Source: Octopus vulgaris
Lineage: Eukaryota
Assembly (NCBI GenBank): GCA_951406725.2
Contig: OX597823.1
Location: forward strand, 43,834,001-43,898,000
Reading direction: 5' to 3'
Length of the DNA: 64,000 nucleotides
Part shown: in pieces, positions 26,587 through 38,704 of the stretch
Position numbering within the stretch: the stretch's first letter is position 1
Layout: every line of letters starts with the position of its first letter
Notes under the pieces: model-generated
What the model saw: the letters and a program-made list of their open reading frames with translations, nothing else
Databases searched by the model: none
What the model was told of the DNA's origin: nothing
Position numbers and translations under genes: made by a program

Positions 26587-27701
26587 TGCATATGCGTGTT
26601 TAGGGGTGAGTATATATGTAACCAATAGCCAACAATCCATCAGATTATCTAACCACTAAACTAGTTAGTTCCAGCCTCACAACACTGGTTAGTTAACTAT
26701 CTATCATTCAATACGTTGCCATCAATCTATCTAGTTCGCTTCTCTATCTAAATACTTAACTATAAATATATTTAGTTCTTTATTTCTTCACTCCTAACGT
26801 CCATCAATCTCTTGTGTCCAATTTTTTATATATATATTCCTGCATTTTTTATTGCTCATGTACTTATTTCTATATTTGTTTATTCGTTTTCATTTCGCCC
26901 TATCGCCGTTATTTCTCCAATGTATTATGTTATATTCTTTTATTTCCTTCCTGATACAATGTCCCTCACTTTCTCCCCTACCTCTCTCTCTCTCTCCTTT
27001 TTTGTTTCTCTCACTCTGTCTCTTTCTCTTTCTCCCTTCGCTATTATAACCTTGTACAAATCCGCCATCTTAATTAAGCATTGATTCTTAGCTTCTCTGC
27101 TTTTCTTCCAACGCTGCTGACAATACAGTCTTGTTTCTGTCTGGATAAACAGGCAGCTATTGTTGATTACATAGGTACGTGAATAAAATCTTGCTAACCT
27201 ATTACCTTGACACTGTCTTATCTCTCTACATATATAAAAAAAAGAAAAGAAAAAGAACTCTGTTATACGCAAAAAAATAGTGAATAACGATGAAATCTGA
27301 AGGAAAATGACAAAATAATATAATGGCAATTCCCATATAACCCTGCCACCACTTTTTGCTCGAAGTAAAATCGCTTGGTGTGATTGATATGTTAACACGT
27401 TTCTGTATGTGTTTATGTGCGTATGTATGTGTGTTTTATTTTTGGTGCATGTTTGTGTGTGTAAATGTGGGACTGTGTATGTGAGTGTAAAGAATATGTA
27501 TGTGTGTATGTATATATGTATGTGATGTACATAGATATATATGAATGCGTGGATTTGTATTACAGAGAGTGTGTACGCAAATTTTAATATTACCTAGTAT
27601 TGAAGCTGGCCTATATGAGAGCGTTTACAGAGCCTATTTGCTTTCTCTCCTCTATGTCGTTTATGCGGAAGTCCTGAGTTTCTGTTTTGTATATATCAGC
27701 A

Positions 27702-27780
<79 letters not shown>

Positions 27781-27903
27781 TAAGGCGGCGAGCTAGCAGA
27801 GGCGTTAGTACGCCGGGTAAAATGCTAAGCGGCATTTCGTTTGACTTTGAATGGTCTGAATCCAAATTCCACCGAGGTCGGCTTTGCCTTTCATCCTTTC
27901 CGG
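27781..27903 (+). mobile_element. SINE 5' part after (ATT)n
   Basis: aaggcggcgagctagcagaggcgttagtacgccggg...aaattccaccgaggtcggctttgcctttcatcctttc. Confidence 0.85.
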
Positions 27904-28292
27904 ATTTCATATCAAGATAAACAGTTTATGGCCTGCAGATGGAACCCAGTTGGAAGTTTTTTTCAGGATGAGTAGACCATCCTGCACAAAAGGTCCTTGA
28001 ATAGGGGCTGTCTGAAGATGTTGAACGAAAAATTCATCTTTCCAGAGGTGAATTATCCAAACCCCAAAGAATTCCTTTCAACACATGCTTATGATGTTCC
28101 CCCGCTACTTCTGCTCGTGATCAGAGATGCATATATCGTCAGCCACTAAGGGACATACTCAACTGGTTAAGGTCATACAACTGACAAGTAATTATGTTGT
28201 AATAAGCAGAATATTTGTTGTAGCCCATCTTTTATACCAAGACAAAACAATAAACATGATAACACTTCCAATCAGTTAAGAGAACTGCTGCC

Positions 28293-28331
<39 letters not shown>

Positions 28332-29559
28332 GACTTTTATAGAGTACAAATTTATCATTCTCATTATAGAGTACAATTTATCATTCTCAAATTTTCAAAT
28401 ACGATTATTATTGCGAATGACTTCGAAGTTTGGGCCAGTTAAGCTGATAGTCAATAATCACCAATAATGATAAGCAATAATATTTCTGCTTAAGAACAGT
28501 GTGTGTGCGTGTGTGTGTGCTGGCGTGTATACGTGTATGTGTATGTACATATATATGTGTGGGGGTGAGTGTATTTTAATTTCTTTATTCAATATCAGGC
28601 ATCCCCACAAATCGCTGATCCCAATACATTTCCCTTCTTCCCTTGAATGCGTCTTTGTCTTCCATTTGAGCCTGTATTTTTTAAATATGTCTTCTCATCT
28701 TGTTTGAAGTTTTCCCACCGATATCTTCTGATTGTCTGCATGCTGCAACATAAGCCCCTTTGTAATAGTCGTTGCTGTGTCCAACAAACAAGCCTTCAGA
28801 CGAGTCCGGCAATTTATCACGGCATTCAGCGCAAATAGCATAATGACCTACTAACGGAAACTTTAGATTCTCTAAAATTTGTATTTTAGGTCCTGATATT
28901 TTCTTGTTTCATCATCTTCTTTGTCTACCACTCTTGTAGGAAGCGAGTAAGCATCATCGAATAAATACGATACGCTTTTCTCTGTACTGAGTGCTACAAT
29001 ATCTAGGTGTCAGTATTTTATTTACCTATCCATTTGAATTTCTGTATCCCATTCTAAATTTACATGGTCGTTCTCAAGAATGTGCTCGATTACGATAAGT
29101 TAGAATGATTTATTTCAGTATTTTTTTTTTTACTTATTTCCTTATTCTTTGCAGTAAATAATGCTAGCTTTTTCCGCTTGATAACATCTTTTCTTTTTTT
29201 CTCATTATCTACCTCTGTCCAATCATTAATTATAAACACGATGTAGAGAAACAATCCGATTGCTTTATCTAAGTCAGTATATATTATTTTATTCTCTTCT
29301 TTCCCTATTCCCCCCATCAAATATTCCTAACTAGCTTCTCCTCTAGATAAGATATTTTCTCTCCTATCATTTTTGTACCTCAATCTTATCGCTCCTAGCG
29401 GGGCGTACTTTCCGCAATACTATCACATGTTACAGTTGTATCCTCCGCATCCTCTGAGAGAAGTTGAAACATCGACATTGCAACGTGAAGAATGTCAAAG
29501 GAAACACCTGCAGTTAGTAGCCACACAATCAAGCCATCGGCGGCGAAACTAACAGCCGC

Positions 29560-29750
29560 ACTAAGTATACATTTTGAAGAAGATGCTTATTAACATGTTG
29601 GACAAAATGCCTTGCATCACTTTTGTCTCTTTATGTTCAAATTCCACCGATTTCGACTTCGCATTTTACTCATCGAAAACGAGGAAATAATTATCAGTTG
29701 AGTGCCGAGGTCGATTAAACTTCAGGCTCTGTGCCTAGAGTAGAAAGGAT
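29560..29750 (+). mobile_element. Degenerate SINE
   Basis: gttcaaattccaccgatttcgacttcgc...ggctctgtgcctagagtagaaaggattat carries tail-b. Confidence 0.6.
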
Positions 29751-29751
29751 T

Positions 29752-29789
<38 letters not shown>

Positions 29790-29799
29790 TATCATTATA

Positions 29800-30331
29800 T
29801 TCTTTCAGTTTTGTTTCCATTTCTTGCCGAGTGACTTCCCAAAACCTAGGGCAAAGAAACTTACAGTATACATTGGTAGGCCATCAAAATAAACACACCA
29901 GATTGTTTATTTACAAAGTCATGTAATAGAAAAAAAAAGAGAGAAAAGACAGAGGAAAATATGAAAAAATAAGAAAACAAAGAAAATAATGAAAAAAGAA
30001 AGAAAATTCACGGCAGCAATGCCCTTCTCAATGTATGTGACATGCCAGTTAAAACAATGTCTTGCACTTTCTGCATGGATGGAAAACCAGGGATCATCCT
30101 TAAATAATTTTCAGTTCACTTTTTGATCATTCCAAGTGCTCCCACAATCACTCTTATGATAACCGTCTTGAGATTCTACATTGTTTCCATTTCAATCAGC
30201 AATTCTTTATATTTTCTGAGCTTATCAAATTCTTTTGCCGAAATGATATGACCACAAGGTATGCTCAAGGCAATGTATAAACAGATTTTATTATCTTGGT
30301 CTTTCACAACAATATCTGGTTTATTAGCTTC
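29800..30331 (-). mobile_element. R4/Dong LINE 3' end (RLE domain and 3' UTR)
   Basis: Minus strand translates ANKPDIVVKDQDNKICLYIALSIPCGHIISAKEFDKLRKYKELLIEMETM*NLKTVIIRVIVGALGMIKK. The UTR ends at an (AAT/GAT)n tract. Confidence 0.85.
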
Positions 30332-30779
30332 CTACCTTTTGAATTTCCACCTCTTGCTACCCTTCGCGCTTCCGGTCTGTCCATCATGCATTAGCCATTA
30401 ACATCAGTTCTTTCTCTTCAGAATTTTGGCTCTCTGGAATCTTCTTCTTGTTCATGCTATTCCTGCAGCTATTAATTTGCGGCAGTTTAAACGAAACATT
30501 AATAGTATCAACCTCACCAGTCTTGGAGGGCCTGCAAGAGTAATGGACTCTGCCTCTTCCCGCAAACTCAACAAGTAAAACAAAATCAAAATTAAAAACT
30601 AAAGATGTCATCATAACAGATAACATTTCTATAGGAGGGAAATACTCCAAGGGAACTCCTTCTTTCCAATGCTTTTCTCTCAGGAGAATGCTTTTAGCTA
30701 ATCGTTTAACACAGACAAAATTTAGATACAAGTGCTTTGGGAAGACAATTTAGCTTTGTAATGTAGATATCTTTAGCTC

Positions 30780-31800
30780 GTTCGTTATTCATCATAAACA
30801 ACTGTAGACACTGCTGCCTACATCATACGGATTGGTTGTAAAATACAGTCTAGAAAACTGCACCGAGGTAACCTTAAAGAGGGGAACATTAATAAAAAGA
30901 CAGTGATGGTGCGTTAGATAAAGAAACAAAGATAAAAGAATTAGAACAAATACTGGCTTACAAATACTTAAGAATTAATGAACTTGACAAAAGAAGAGCA
31001 ACAATAGCAGCAGCAGCAACAACAACAACAACAACAGTAACAATATATGCATAAAATATAACACAACAATATATACACACAATATATATACACAAAGTCA
31101 TGAAAGAAAACATTAGGCAAGAGACTTACAAACGCATTAGATTAATATTTAAAACAAACAGAACTAAATGCAAAAAATAAGTTAAGAGGCATCAACATTG
31201 AAGCTGTCTCAGAAATATAGTTATTATGTTCTCAACTGGATGTAAGTGAATTAGCAAGACTAGACTGGATAAGAAGGAAAATATATTGACTGCATTTAAA
31301 ATATATAACATCTCAAAATCCGATATAAAAGATATATTCTTAATGAAAGTAGTAGTGTTCTGGAAATAGAAACTTGACATTCAACATCCACTGCAGGACC
31401 ATAAAAATATCTTGTTGAGAATTCTGAAAATCTAATACAAATAGCTGCAAAACACAAGCAAAAATATCTGTTTCGTATTTTTTTTTAACAAATGAAGAGA
31501 TATAAAACAACAGCTGAGTTAATATGCGAGTCCTGAAGGGAATGGGAAAATAACAACTGGAATTGTTAAAAATAAAATCTAAATAAATAAAAACTAAGCA
31601 GAAAATGAAACTACAGAATGTGATGCACAACGATGGCAGTGAAACGCCATACATGGTGACCAGTACCTATCATAGTGAACAAGGGAGACGTGTTAAAGGA
31701 AAAAATCCACGGGCAGTCTTAAAAGTGCGGGACTCAGGTGTGAGACCGAAAGAGTTGTTGATTGCAGAACACGATAAAAGTGTTCTCAAATAAAGAAGTA
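30780..31800 (+). mobile_element. Degraded R4/Dong LINE (end of RT to pre-zinc-knuckle region), interrupted by a microsatellite near 31000-31090
   Basis: Frames give LENCTEVTLKRG..IKELE...YKYL, MKENIRQETYKRIRLI..ELNAKNKLRGIN, ELARLDWIRRKI, W..HG and LKSAGL..ETE, in the R4 order. Confidence 0.7.
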
Positions 31801-31868
31801 GAATACAGGGGAAAATACAGGGGAAAACAAGCAGAGAAACAAGGAGAGAAAAAAATGTGTGTAGTGGC

Positions 31869-31949
<81 letters not shown>

Positions 31950-31952
<3 letters not shown>

Positions 31953-32060
31953 CCTGCTCGCTTAGCCAGCGGGGTGGCATCATTCGAAGACTAAAACAAT
32001 GCCAACGCATTGTGACCAGCGATGTGTAACAACATCTGATGGTCTAGTCGGTCACGTGAT

Positions 32061-32068
<8 letters not shown>
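31950..32068. mobile_element. Short GC-richer insert in (TA)n ending cacgtgatcacgtgat
   Basis: Non-microsatellite island between (TA)n tracts with a duplicated 8-mer tail, suggesting a retroelement 3' end. Class unknown. Confidence 0.45.
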
Positions 32069-32109
<41 letters not shown>

Positions 32110-32112
<3 letters not shown>

Positions 32113-32295
32113 CCACTACACACATTTTTTTCTCTCCTTGTTTCTCTGCTTGTTTTTTTTCTGTGTCCCTTTCTGTAGAAGAGCGTAGGCTCGAAACGTA
32201 AAAGACCTTTTCAATTCCTGAGCGTTATACTACTACATCTGTTTGTTTTGTACACCACCTGTTTTCGTCTTTTGTTTTTTTTCGTGAACTCTTCA
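32110..32295 (+). mobile_element. About 185-bp (TA)n-embedded unit with hammerhead-like motif (copy C), plus an inverted partial copy at 31822-31870
   Basis: 32169-32204 reads CTTT-CTGTAGA-A-GAGC-GTAG-GCTC-GAAA-CG-TA-AAAG. 32110-32158 is the reverse complement of 31824-31870. Confidence 0.8.
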
Positions 32296-32297
32296 TA

Positions 32298-32360
<63 letters not shown>

Positions 32361-32813
32361 GCGTACGTATATATCAAAGGTTGTACAGAAAGAATGAAAA
32401 ACGAGAAACTAAAGGAAAACTTAACGGACGGGAAATTAGACAAAGATACGATACACGGAATTATCGCGGGTGAGTTTTCCTCGTTAGTCAATGACGCAAA
32501 GTATCACACACACACACACACACACACACACATCAAGGGCTGAACAGAAAGAATACAACAAAGACAAAAAGTTAGTCGAAAGCATTGATGGTAATGGCGC
32601 GAAACAATTGGGATATTTTGCATGATTGACTGACGAGGTAAACTCAGCTGTAAATATTCTGTGTATCGTGTCTTTGTCTAATTTCCTGTCCGTAAAGTTT
32701 TCGTCTAGTTTCCCGTTTGCCCTGCTTTCGTCTAACTTTTTCTCCTTGCTTTAATCTCTCTCTATTCAACCCTTGATACATCCATGTAGTACAACGCACA
32801 CCTTGTTTGTTTA

Positions 32814-32873
<60 letters not shown>

Positions 32874-32887
32874 CTATATATACATAC

Positions 32888-32918
<31 letters not shown>

Positions 32919-33040
32919 CATGCACATACACTCACGCACACACACGCACATATATATAATATAAATAATACATAAACATATGCATATATACATACATATA
33001 TGTACATACCTACATCTCTCTCTATATATATACATGCATA

Positions 33041-33325
33041 TATGGGTACAGGACATCAAAAAAAAAACGCTGAACACAATGAGAAACGAAAACATAAAGA
33101 CAAAAATATGGAAACGAACTTTTTTCAAACAACGAAAAACAGAGTACAAGACATACAGCACAAGGAATATTCCCCTTCTTCAGTTGTCCCTCTACTCCGC
33201 GTTCGAAGGTAAAAACAAGACGCAACTTCGTTGAAACAGTCCTTCCCGCAAAGCAAATTAAATAAAATTTGCGATTTTTTGCGGAGAGGTAAAAGTGGTA
33301 ACAAGAATAAGACAGGAAGAACAAA
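33041..33325. mobile_element. atatgggtacaggacgtca-family repeat
   Basis: Same start as 15128 and 15608; shares cccgcaaagc.aattaaat.aaattt with about 37330. Confidence 0.75.
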
Positions 33326-33626
33326 ACAAATTCTCCCTATATTTTTATGCGATAGTTTTTAAATCACGTGTACTTGATGTCTTTTTCTTAAAGGGTAACA
33401 TTTCTATTATATTTAAAACAAAATATCAATCTTTATTATCTTAATCAAAAGGCAGAAAAATAGAGAGACTATCTCTTTATAGAGAAAGTTCAGTTGCAAT
33501 GAGAGGAATTGAATTTCATACGAATAGAAAAACAAACAACAAATGGATTGTGCCTTATGATGAAACTATTTTAAGAATATTCAAATGCCACACAGACAAA
33601 CAGACAGGCGACAACAACAACAACAA

Positions 33627-33957
33627 TGAATGCATGGACAATTTCATAGGGATGTTGAAGATAAGATAGACAGAGAAAAAAGATGGCTGTAGATGACTAA
33701 AAGTGATTTAAAACCGGAAGCGGAGGCTCTAATGTGTGCTGCCCATGAACAAGCACTAAAAACAAACTACATAAAATACAGAGTAGACAACACAGCAGAA
33801 AGTGATAAGTACAGAATCTGTGAATAAAATGGTGAAACCGTATGGCATTATTACCAGCCAATGTACGCCACTAACTAAGAAGGAATATAACAGACGCCAC
33901 GACAATATAGCAAGGCTTGTCCATTGGACGCTTTACAACAAGTATGGTCTTGACAGC
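33627..33957 (+). mobile_element. R4/Dong LINE fragment (zinc-knuckle region)
   Basis: MHGQFHRDVED...WL*MTKSDLKPEAEALMCAAHEQALKTNY...DKYRICE*NGETVWH.TSQCTPLTKKEYNRRHDNIARLVHW. Confidence 0.88.
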
Positions 33958-34151
33958 GAAAAAGCTTGCAAGGTCATGCGCTGTTTATCTTGATGTGAGA
34001 TCACCATGTCACGCACATATGGTTGTGATGTATGTGCCTGGTGTACCCTTATCAGACGGATAGTCATGGTGGGTATATTGGGCTTCATATATTTGTTCCC
34101 CAGTGTCACTTTGATGGCATGCGCTGCTCTCACTCAATAATAATAATATTA

Positions 34152-34230
<79 letters not shown>

Positions 34231-34231
<1 letters not shown>

Positions 34232-34450
34232 TGTCTTTGCTCAGCTTCTAACGCTGGAGATGACTACGGTGTCAACTCTTCACAACCATTGAACTAAGGT
34301 AACACTTCTTATTTTTCGAGCACCATCCGAAGTATGGTGTTTTCTGCAAGTGCTCCACCCTTATTGCACTACAAATAGGGGCTGCAATAAGGGTGGAGCA
34401 CTTGCAGAAAACATCACTGCTTGGAATTACTCGAATACTCCGGATGGAGT
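34231..34450. mobile_element. R4/Dong terminal fragment present in both orientations
   Basis: Plus strand 34378-34448 gives GAAIRVEHLQKTSLLGITRILRM. The minus strand gives the same segment plus a 3' UTR running to the (AAT)n tract. Confidence 0.75.
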
Positions 34451-34869
34451 ATTCACCAGAGCTGGTTGAGCCGGCTCCGACCAACGAGCCATGTTCGTAG
34501 TGTTAGTAGGAATACAAGTTCACTATGATCCCAGGTCACATGCATGCACACATCGGGATAGTGGGAACTGTAGCAACTTATCTTGCCATCGATTTTCGAC
34601 CGTCGCAGAGGATTCGTTGACCAAGTCACTGCCCATTATAGGAACGGACGCAGTCTGGGCTTGGAGCGTGTTCTAGAGACAGGCTTTGACAAAAACTAAG
34701 GGATGCCTCACTTACAGTGGCCTTCCAGCGCACCGCACACCAACCCGGAATTTCTCAGGGCCCAAACTAAAGACAAACCTCCTTCCAGACCGAGTCACAT
34801 ACTCGTACGGTCGGTTTACCGGTTTCCATAGCGTATCTCTTGCCCCATTTTACTGGACACCGGCTCGTT

Positions 34870-35387
34870 TATGCCCACAAGGGCCTAAACATAGAGGGGA
34901 CAAACAAGGACAGACAAAGGGATTAAGTCGATTACATCGACTCCAGTGCATAACTGGTACTTAATTTATCGACCCCGAAAGGATGAAAGGATGAATGTAT
35001 TAGAGCAACGTAAACTTAATTATTTTGCTTAAAAATTCAACGTATCGCCTGGAATCGAATCGAAACCATAATCTTTCGATCGAAAGATTATGGAATCGAG
35101 ACCACAATCCTATGATCATGAGTCCAACATCAATAACTACGAAGACAGGGGCCTCCACTTGTAATGATATAGGGATTCCGCGATCCACTATGAATACTGG
35201 AAGTTTAGGTGAGTGAATAAGTCGATTATATCAACCCCAGTACTCAACTGGTACTTATTTTATGGCACCCGACAGGATGAAAGGCAAAGTCAACCTCGGT
35301 GGAATTTGAACTCAGGACGAAAAGACGGACGAAGTTCTGTTAAGCATTCTGCCTGGCGTGCTAACGATTCTGCCTACTCACCGCTTT
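34870..35387 (-). mobile_element. SINE fragments (tail-a copy 34870-34990; main-family copy 35215-35387; another SINE remnant between them)
   Basis: gggggacaaacaaggacagacaaagggattaagtcgatt and ggatgaaaggcaaagtcaacctcggtggaatttgaactcag. Confidence 0.85.
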
Positions 35388-35533
35388 ATATATGCTATGA
35401 ATATTGCTTACCATTAAATCGGATGAAATCGTCCTCTTATTCCTTCTTTTTTCTCCGCTTCAGTATCGTCATCAACCACCAGCAGCAGCACAATCAGTAT
35501 CATCGTCGTCGTCGTCGTCATCATCATCACCAC

Positions 35534-35570
<37 letters not shown>

Positions 35571-36277
35571 GTTGTCATCATCATCATCATCATCATCATC
35601 ACTATCATCATCAACGTCGTCGTCGTCGTCATCATCGTCGTCGTTATCATCAACAACAATAACAGCAACAACAACAACAACAAAAACATCACTCTCATCA
35701 TGGCTGTTGTCGTCGCTGTCGTCATCATTATCACTGCCACCATCAATGTTATTATGTACACATCCTCATTATTCATCATCGTCGCCAGTATCATCGTCAT
35801 CATCTGCAGCATTAAAGATATCTCCCTATCATTAAAACAACGGTCAACATGATGGACCTAGAAGTGTCTAGAGACGGTGCTGGCGGTGTGAGGTCCGCCA
35901 TTAATGAATTCAACCACACGGCACAATATCCTTCGACTCGCCTAATGGCGGCACCAAAGCTTCTTTATGAAAGGACATTGTTTTCCTGACATGGAATACA
36001 AAAAGAAACTTACTGCAGCATTCCAATAATGTATTGGAATACATACATGTGTCTGAGAAAGTGTCTACACGTATGAGAATGCGCGTATATGTGTGCATGT
36101 GCGTGCATGTATGTATATGTATATGTATATACATATGTGTGCATATGTATATGTGTGTCTGTATATGTAGACATATGTGGGACGATATAGGTATATATTA
36201 ACAAATACACACACGTATATATATATATATATATACGTGTGTGTGCGTGTGTGTGTGTGTGTGCTTGCATGTATGTT

Positions 36278-36325
<48 letters not shown>

Positions 36326-36434
36326 TTTGTGTGGGCATTCATATATATGAGAGTATATGACTATACATATATGTGTGTGTATGTATATACATATATGTAT
36401 ATATATATATATATATATATCATATATAAATATA

Positions 36435-36505
36435 TGCTCTTACTATAGCTGAGTGTATTATTTGTGCGTATATGCTATTTTAATATAGGCACATATGTAC
36501 ACGCA

Positions 36506-36551
<46 letters not shown>

Positions 36552-36612
36552 CCAATAAAATACACACAAGCAATACGCACATTTGTACATACAGATATGT
36601 ACACACACACAC

Positions 36613-36648
<36 letters not shown>

Positions 36649-36708
36649 GTGTGTGTGTGTACATATCTGTATGTACAAATGTGCGTATTGCTTGTGTGTA
36701 TTTTATTA

Positions 36709-36746
<38 letters not shown>

Positions 36747-36825
36747 AGAGAGAGTGCGTGTACATATGTGCCTATATTAAAATAGCATATACGCACAAAT
36801 AATACACTCAGCTATAGTAAGAGCA
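36435..36825. repeat. 391-bp near-perfect palindrome centred on (AT)n
   Basis: tgctcttactatagctgagtg...cacacacgtatat is mirrored by atatacgtgtgtg...cactcagctatagtaagagca. The arms differ at only a few positions. Confidence 0.97.
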
Positions 36826-37119
36826 AACGCAGTGGATGAAGGCAAAATAAGTCATTTAGCGTTGGAAAAGAAAAAGGAAATGAAAGAAACGAAAGTAAAT
36901 TAGTCACTGGCTATTGTAAAGCTTTAGATTACACACGTACTTAACACAAGGACACACTCACAACCACACACATATGTATATATGTATAAAACTTACTTGG
37001 AAGAGGGTGCGTAGCGTTCAATCATATAATAATATAAATAGTATATGTGTATAGATAGATGCATATATACATATATATGTGCACATACTTACATCTATAC
37101 CTATATATATATATGCATT

Positions 37120-37600
37120 TGTGGGCACAGGATGTCACGAAAACGTGTACAACAAAAAATACGAAGTACGAGTACATGGAATATGAATTATTTTTTCGAA
37201 CAACGAAAGACACAAATGGAAAACCAGACAAACAACACAAAAAAACTACCCTTCAGCAGTTGTTGGCTGTTTTTGTAATCTCGTATTTTGAGCATTTAAC
37301 AACAAGATACGCTTTCCATAAAACAATTGCTCCCGCAAAGCGAATTAAATGAAATTTGGGATTTTGCAGAGGGTCAAAATTTGTAACACAAACGGGACAG
37401 TGAAAACAAACAGGAAGGTCTACAAAGTCTAAACGAGGTTGTTGTGGCGAATGCGTAAATCAAACTTGGACAGCAGACCGACAAGAACACGTCTTCTATG
37501 ATCCAGCTACAACGGTGAGAAAGAAATACAAGTTAGGAGAAGAAAGATAGCCTATGGTCACGTGGGAGCCAAGTGAGCAATGGAGGAAGAGTGATGGGAG
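37120..37600. mobile_element. atatgggtacaggacgtca-family repeat
   Basis: Starts gtgggcacaggatgtcac and is colinear with 33041. An end fragment gcgttcaatcatataat lies at about 37015. Confidence 0.7.
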
Positions 37601-37604
37601 CCAA

Positions 37605-37911
37605 GACAAAATAAAATTGAGCAATGGAGGTCTTTTATTCCGTCCCCCTCGACTTTTAGTTTATGCAATTGAAGAAAAAACAAATTATTTATGGGATGAT
37701 CCAATATTTAGTGAGTGAGAGAGAAAGGGAGAGTGACAGACAGAGAACTGTGAACGAAAAAGGACAAAATAAAATTGCTAGCTGCATTTATAGTAAGTTG
37801 ATGCAGGTCTTTTATTCCGTCCCCCTTCGACTTTTAGTTTATGCAATTGAAGAAAAAACAAATTATTTATGGGATGATCCAATATTTAGTGAGTGAGAGA
37901 GAAAGGGAGAG
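37605..37911. repeat. Local tandem duplication, period about 178 bp
   Basis: aggtcttttattccgtcccc...gagagaaagggagag at about 37628-37733 and 37806-37911 is nearly identical; each copy is preceded by gacaaaataaaattg. Confidence 0.9.
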
Positions 37912-38274
37912 GGCGGGAGAGAGGGAGACTGACAGACAGCAAGAGAGAGAGAGAGCGAGAGGCAGGTGGTGTATTACCAATGCTACCATAAGCTTAATGC
38001 GAAAAATCTCGCAAGTTTTAAGTAATCCGTCTGGTGTGAGAAATAAGATACACAGGTCAGCTGAGGTAACTCATGTAGTGACTTTAATAGCTATTTCTCT
38101 TGCATTGGCCTTGTTTAGTTTTTATTGTTGGTGGTAAAAGTACGTGGATTTTGCAACCAATACAGTTTAATTAAACAATACAAATTAATTCAAACATTCT
38201 ATTTTAGGAATGTATATACGATACGTTGCACGCCTGCATTTTTGCGGATGTGTATACATGTGTGCATTGATCAA

Positions 38275-38704
38275 AGCCACAGTCGAACCAATTCTACTAT
38301 ATGGCTCAGAAACCTGGACGTTATCAAACAAGCTTGAGAGGCGGTTGGATGGAACCTACACTCGCCTCCTTATGAGAGCTCAAAATCTCTCGTGGAAGCG
38401 TCATCCAACCAAAATGCAAATATATGGGAAACTACCACCTGTGTCATCTCTTGTGAAAGGTAGGAGAGGCCAGTTTGCTGGACATTGTTGTAGAGCTGAA
38501 AACGAGGCAATTTCTACTCTTCTCCTCTGGAAGCCATCTACTCGCAATACCAGAGGGCGCACACTCTCCTACCCTGATGTAATCTCCAGGGATACAGTCA
38601 TCCAGCAACAGGACCTCCGTAATGCTATGATTGACCGTGAAGTCTGGCGTAGCATGGTAAATTCCATTGTCTCGACCACGGTCGAACAAAGATGCTGATG
38701 ATGA
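38275..38704 (+). mobile_element. 5'-truncated RTE-clade LINE with (GAT)n tail and 12-bp TSD
   Basis: Uninterrupted frame ATVEPILLYGSETWTL...RLDGTYTRLL...RRGQFAGHC...DREVWR and tail gatgctgatgatgatg. tgcattgatcaa occurs at 38263-38274 and 38705-38716. Confidence 0.95.

Noticed and set aside
27920-28285. Segment that looks like an interspersed repeat
   Set aside because: Single copy in the window and no diagnostic feature, so its class cannot be supported.
28335-28390. Short tandem duplications (also 11670-11730, 47085-47131, 57871-57960)
   Set aside because: Ordinary slippage duplications.
28590-29520. Possible decayed retroelement coding sequence (C..CGK-like motif)
   Set aside because: No ordered set of motifs could be recovered.
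35848-35988. 46-codon ORF MMDLEVSRDG... in a GC-richer island
   Set aside because: Short, with no recognisable homology or splice context.
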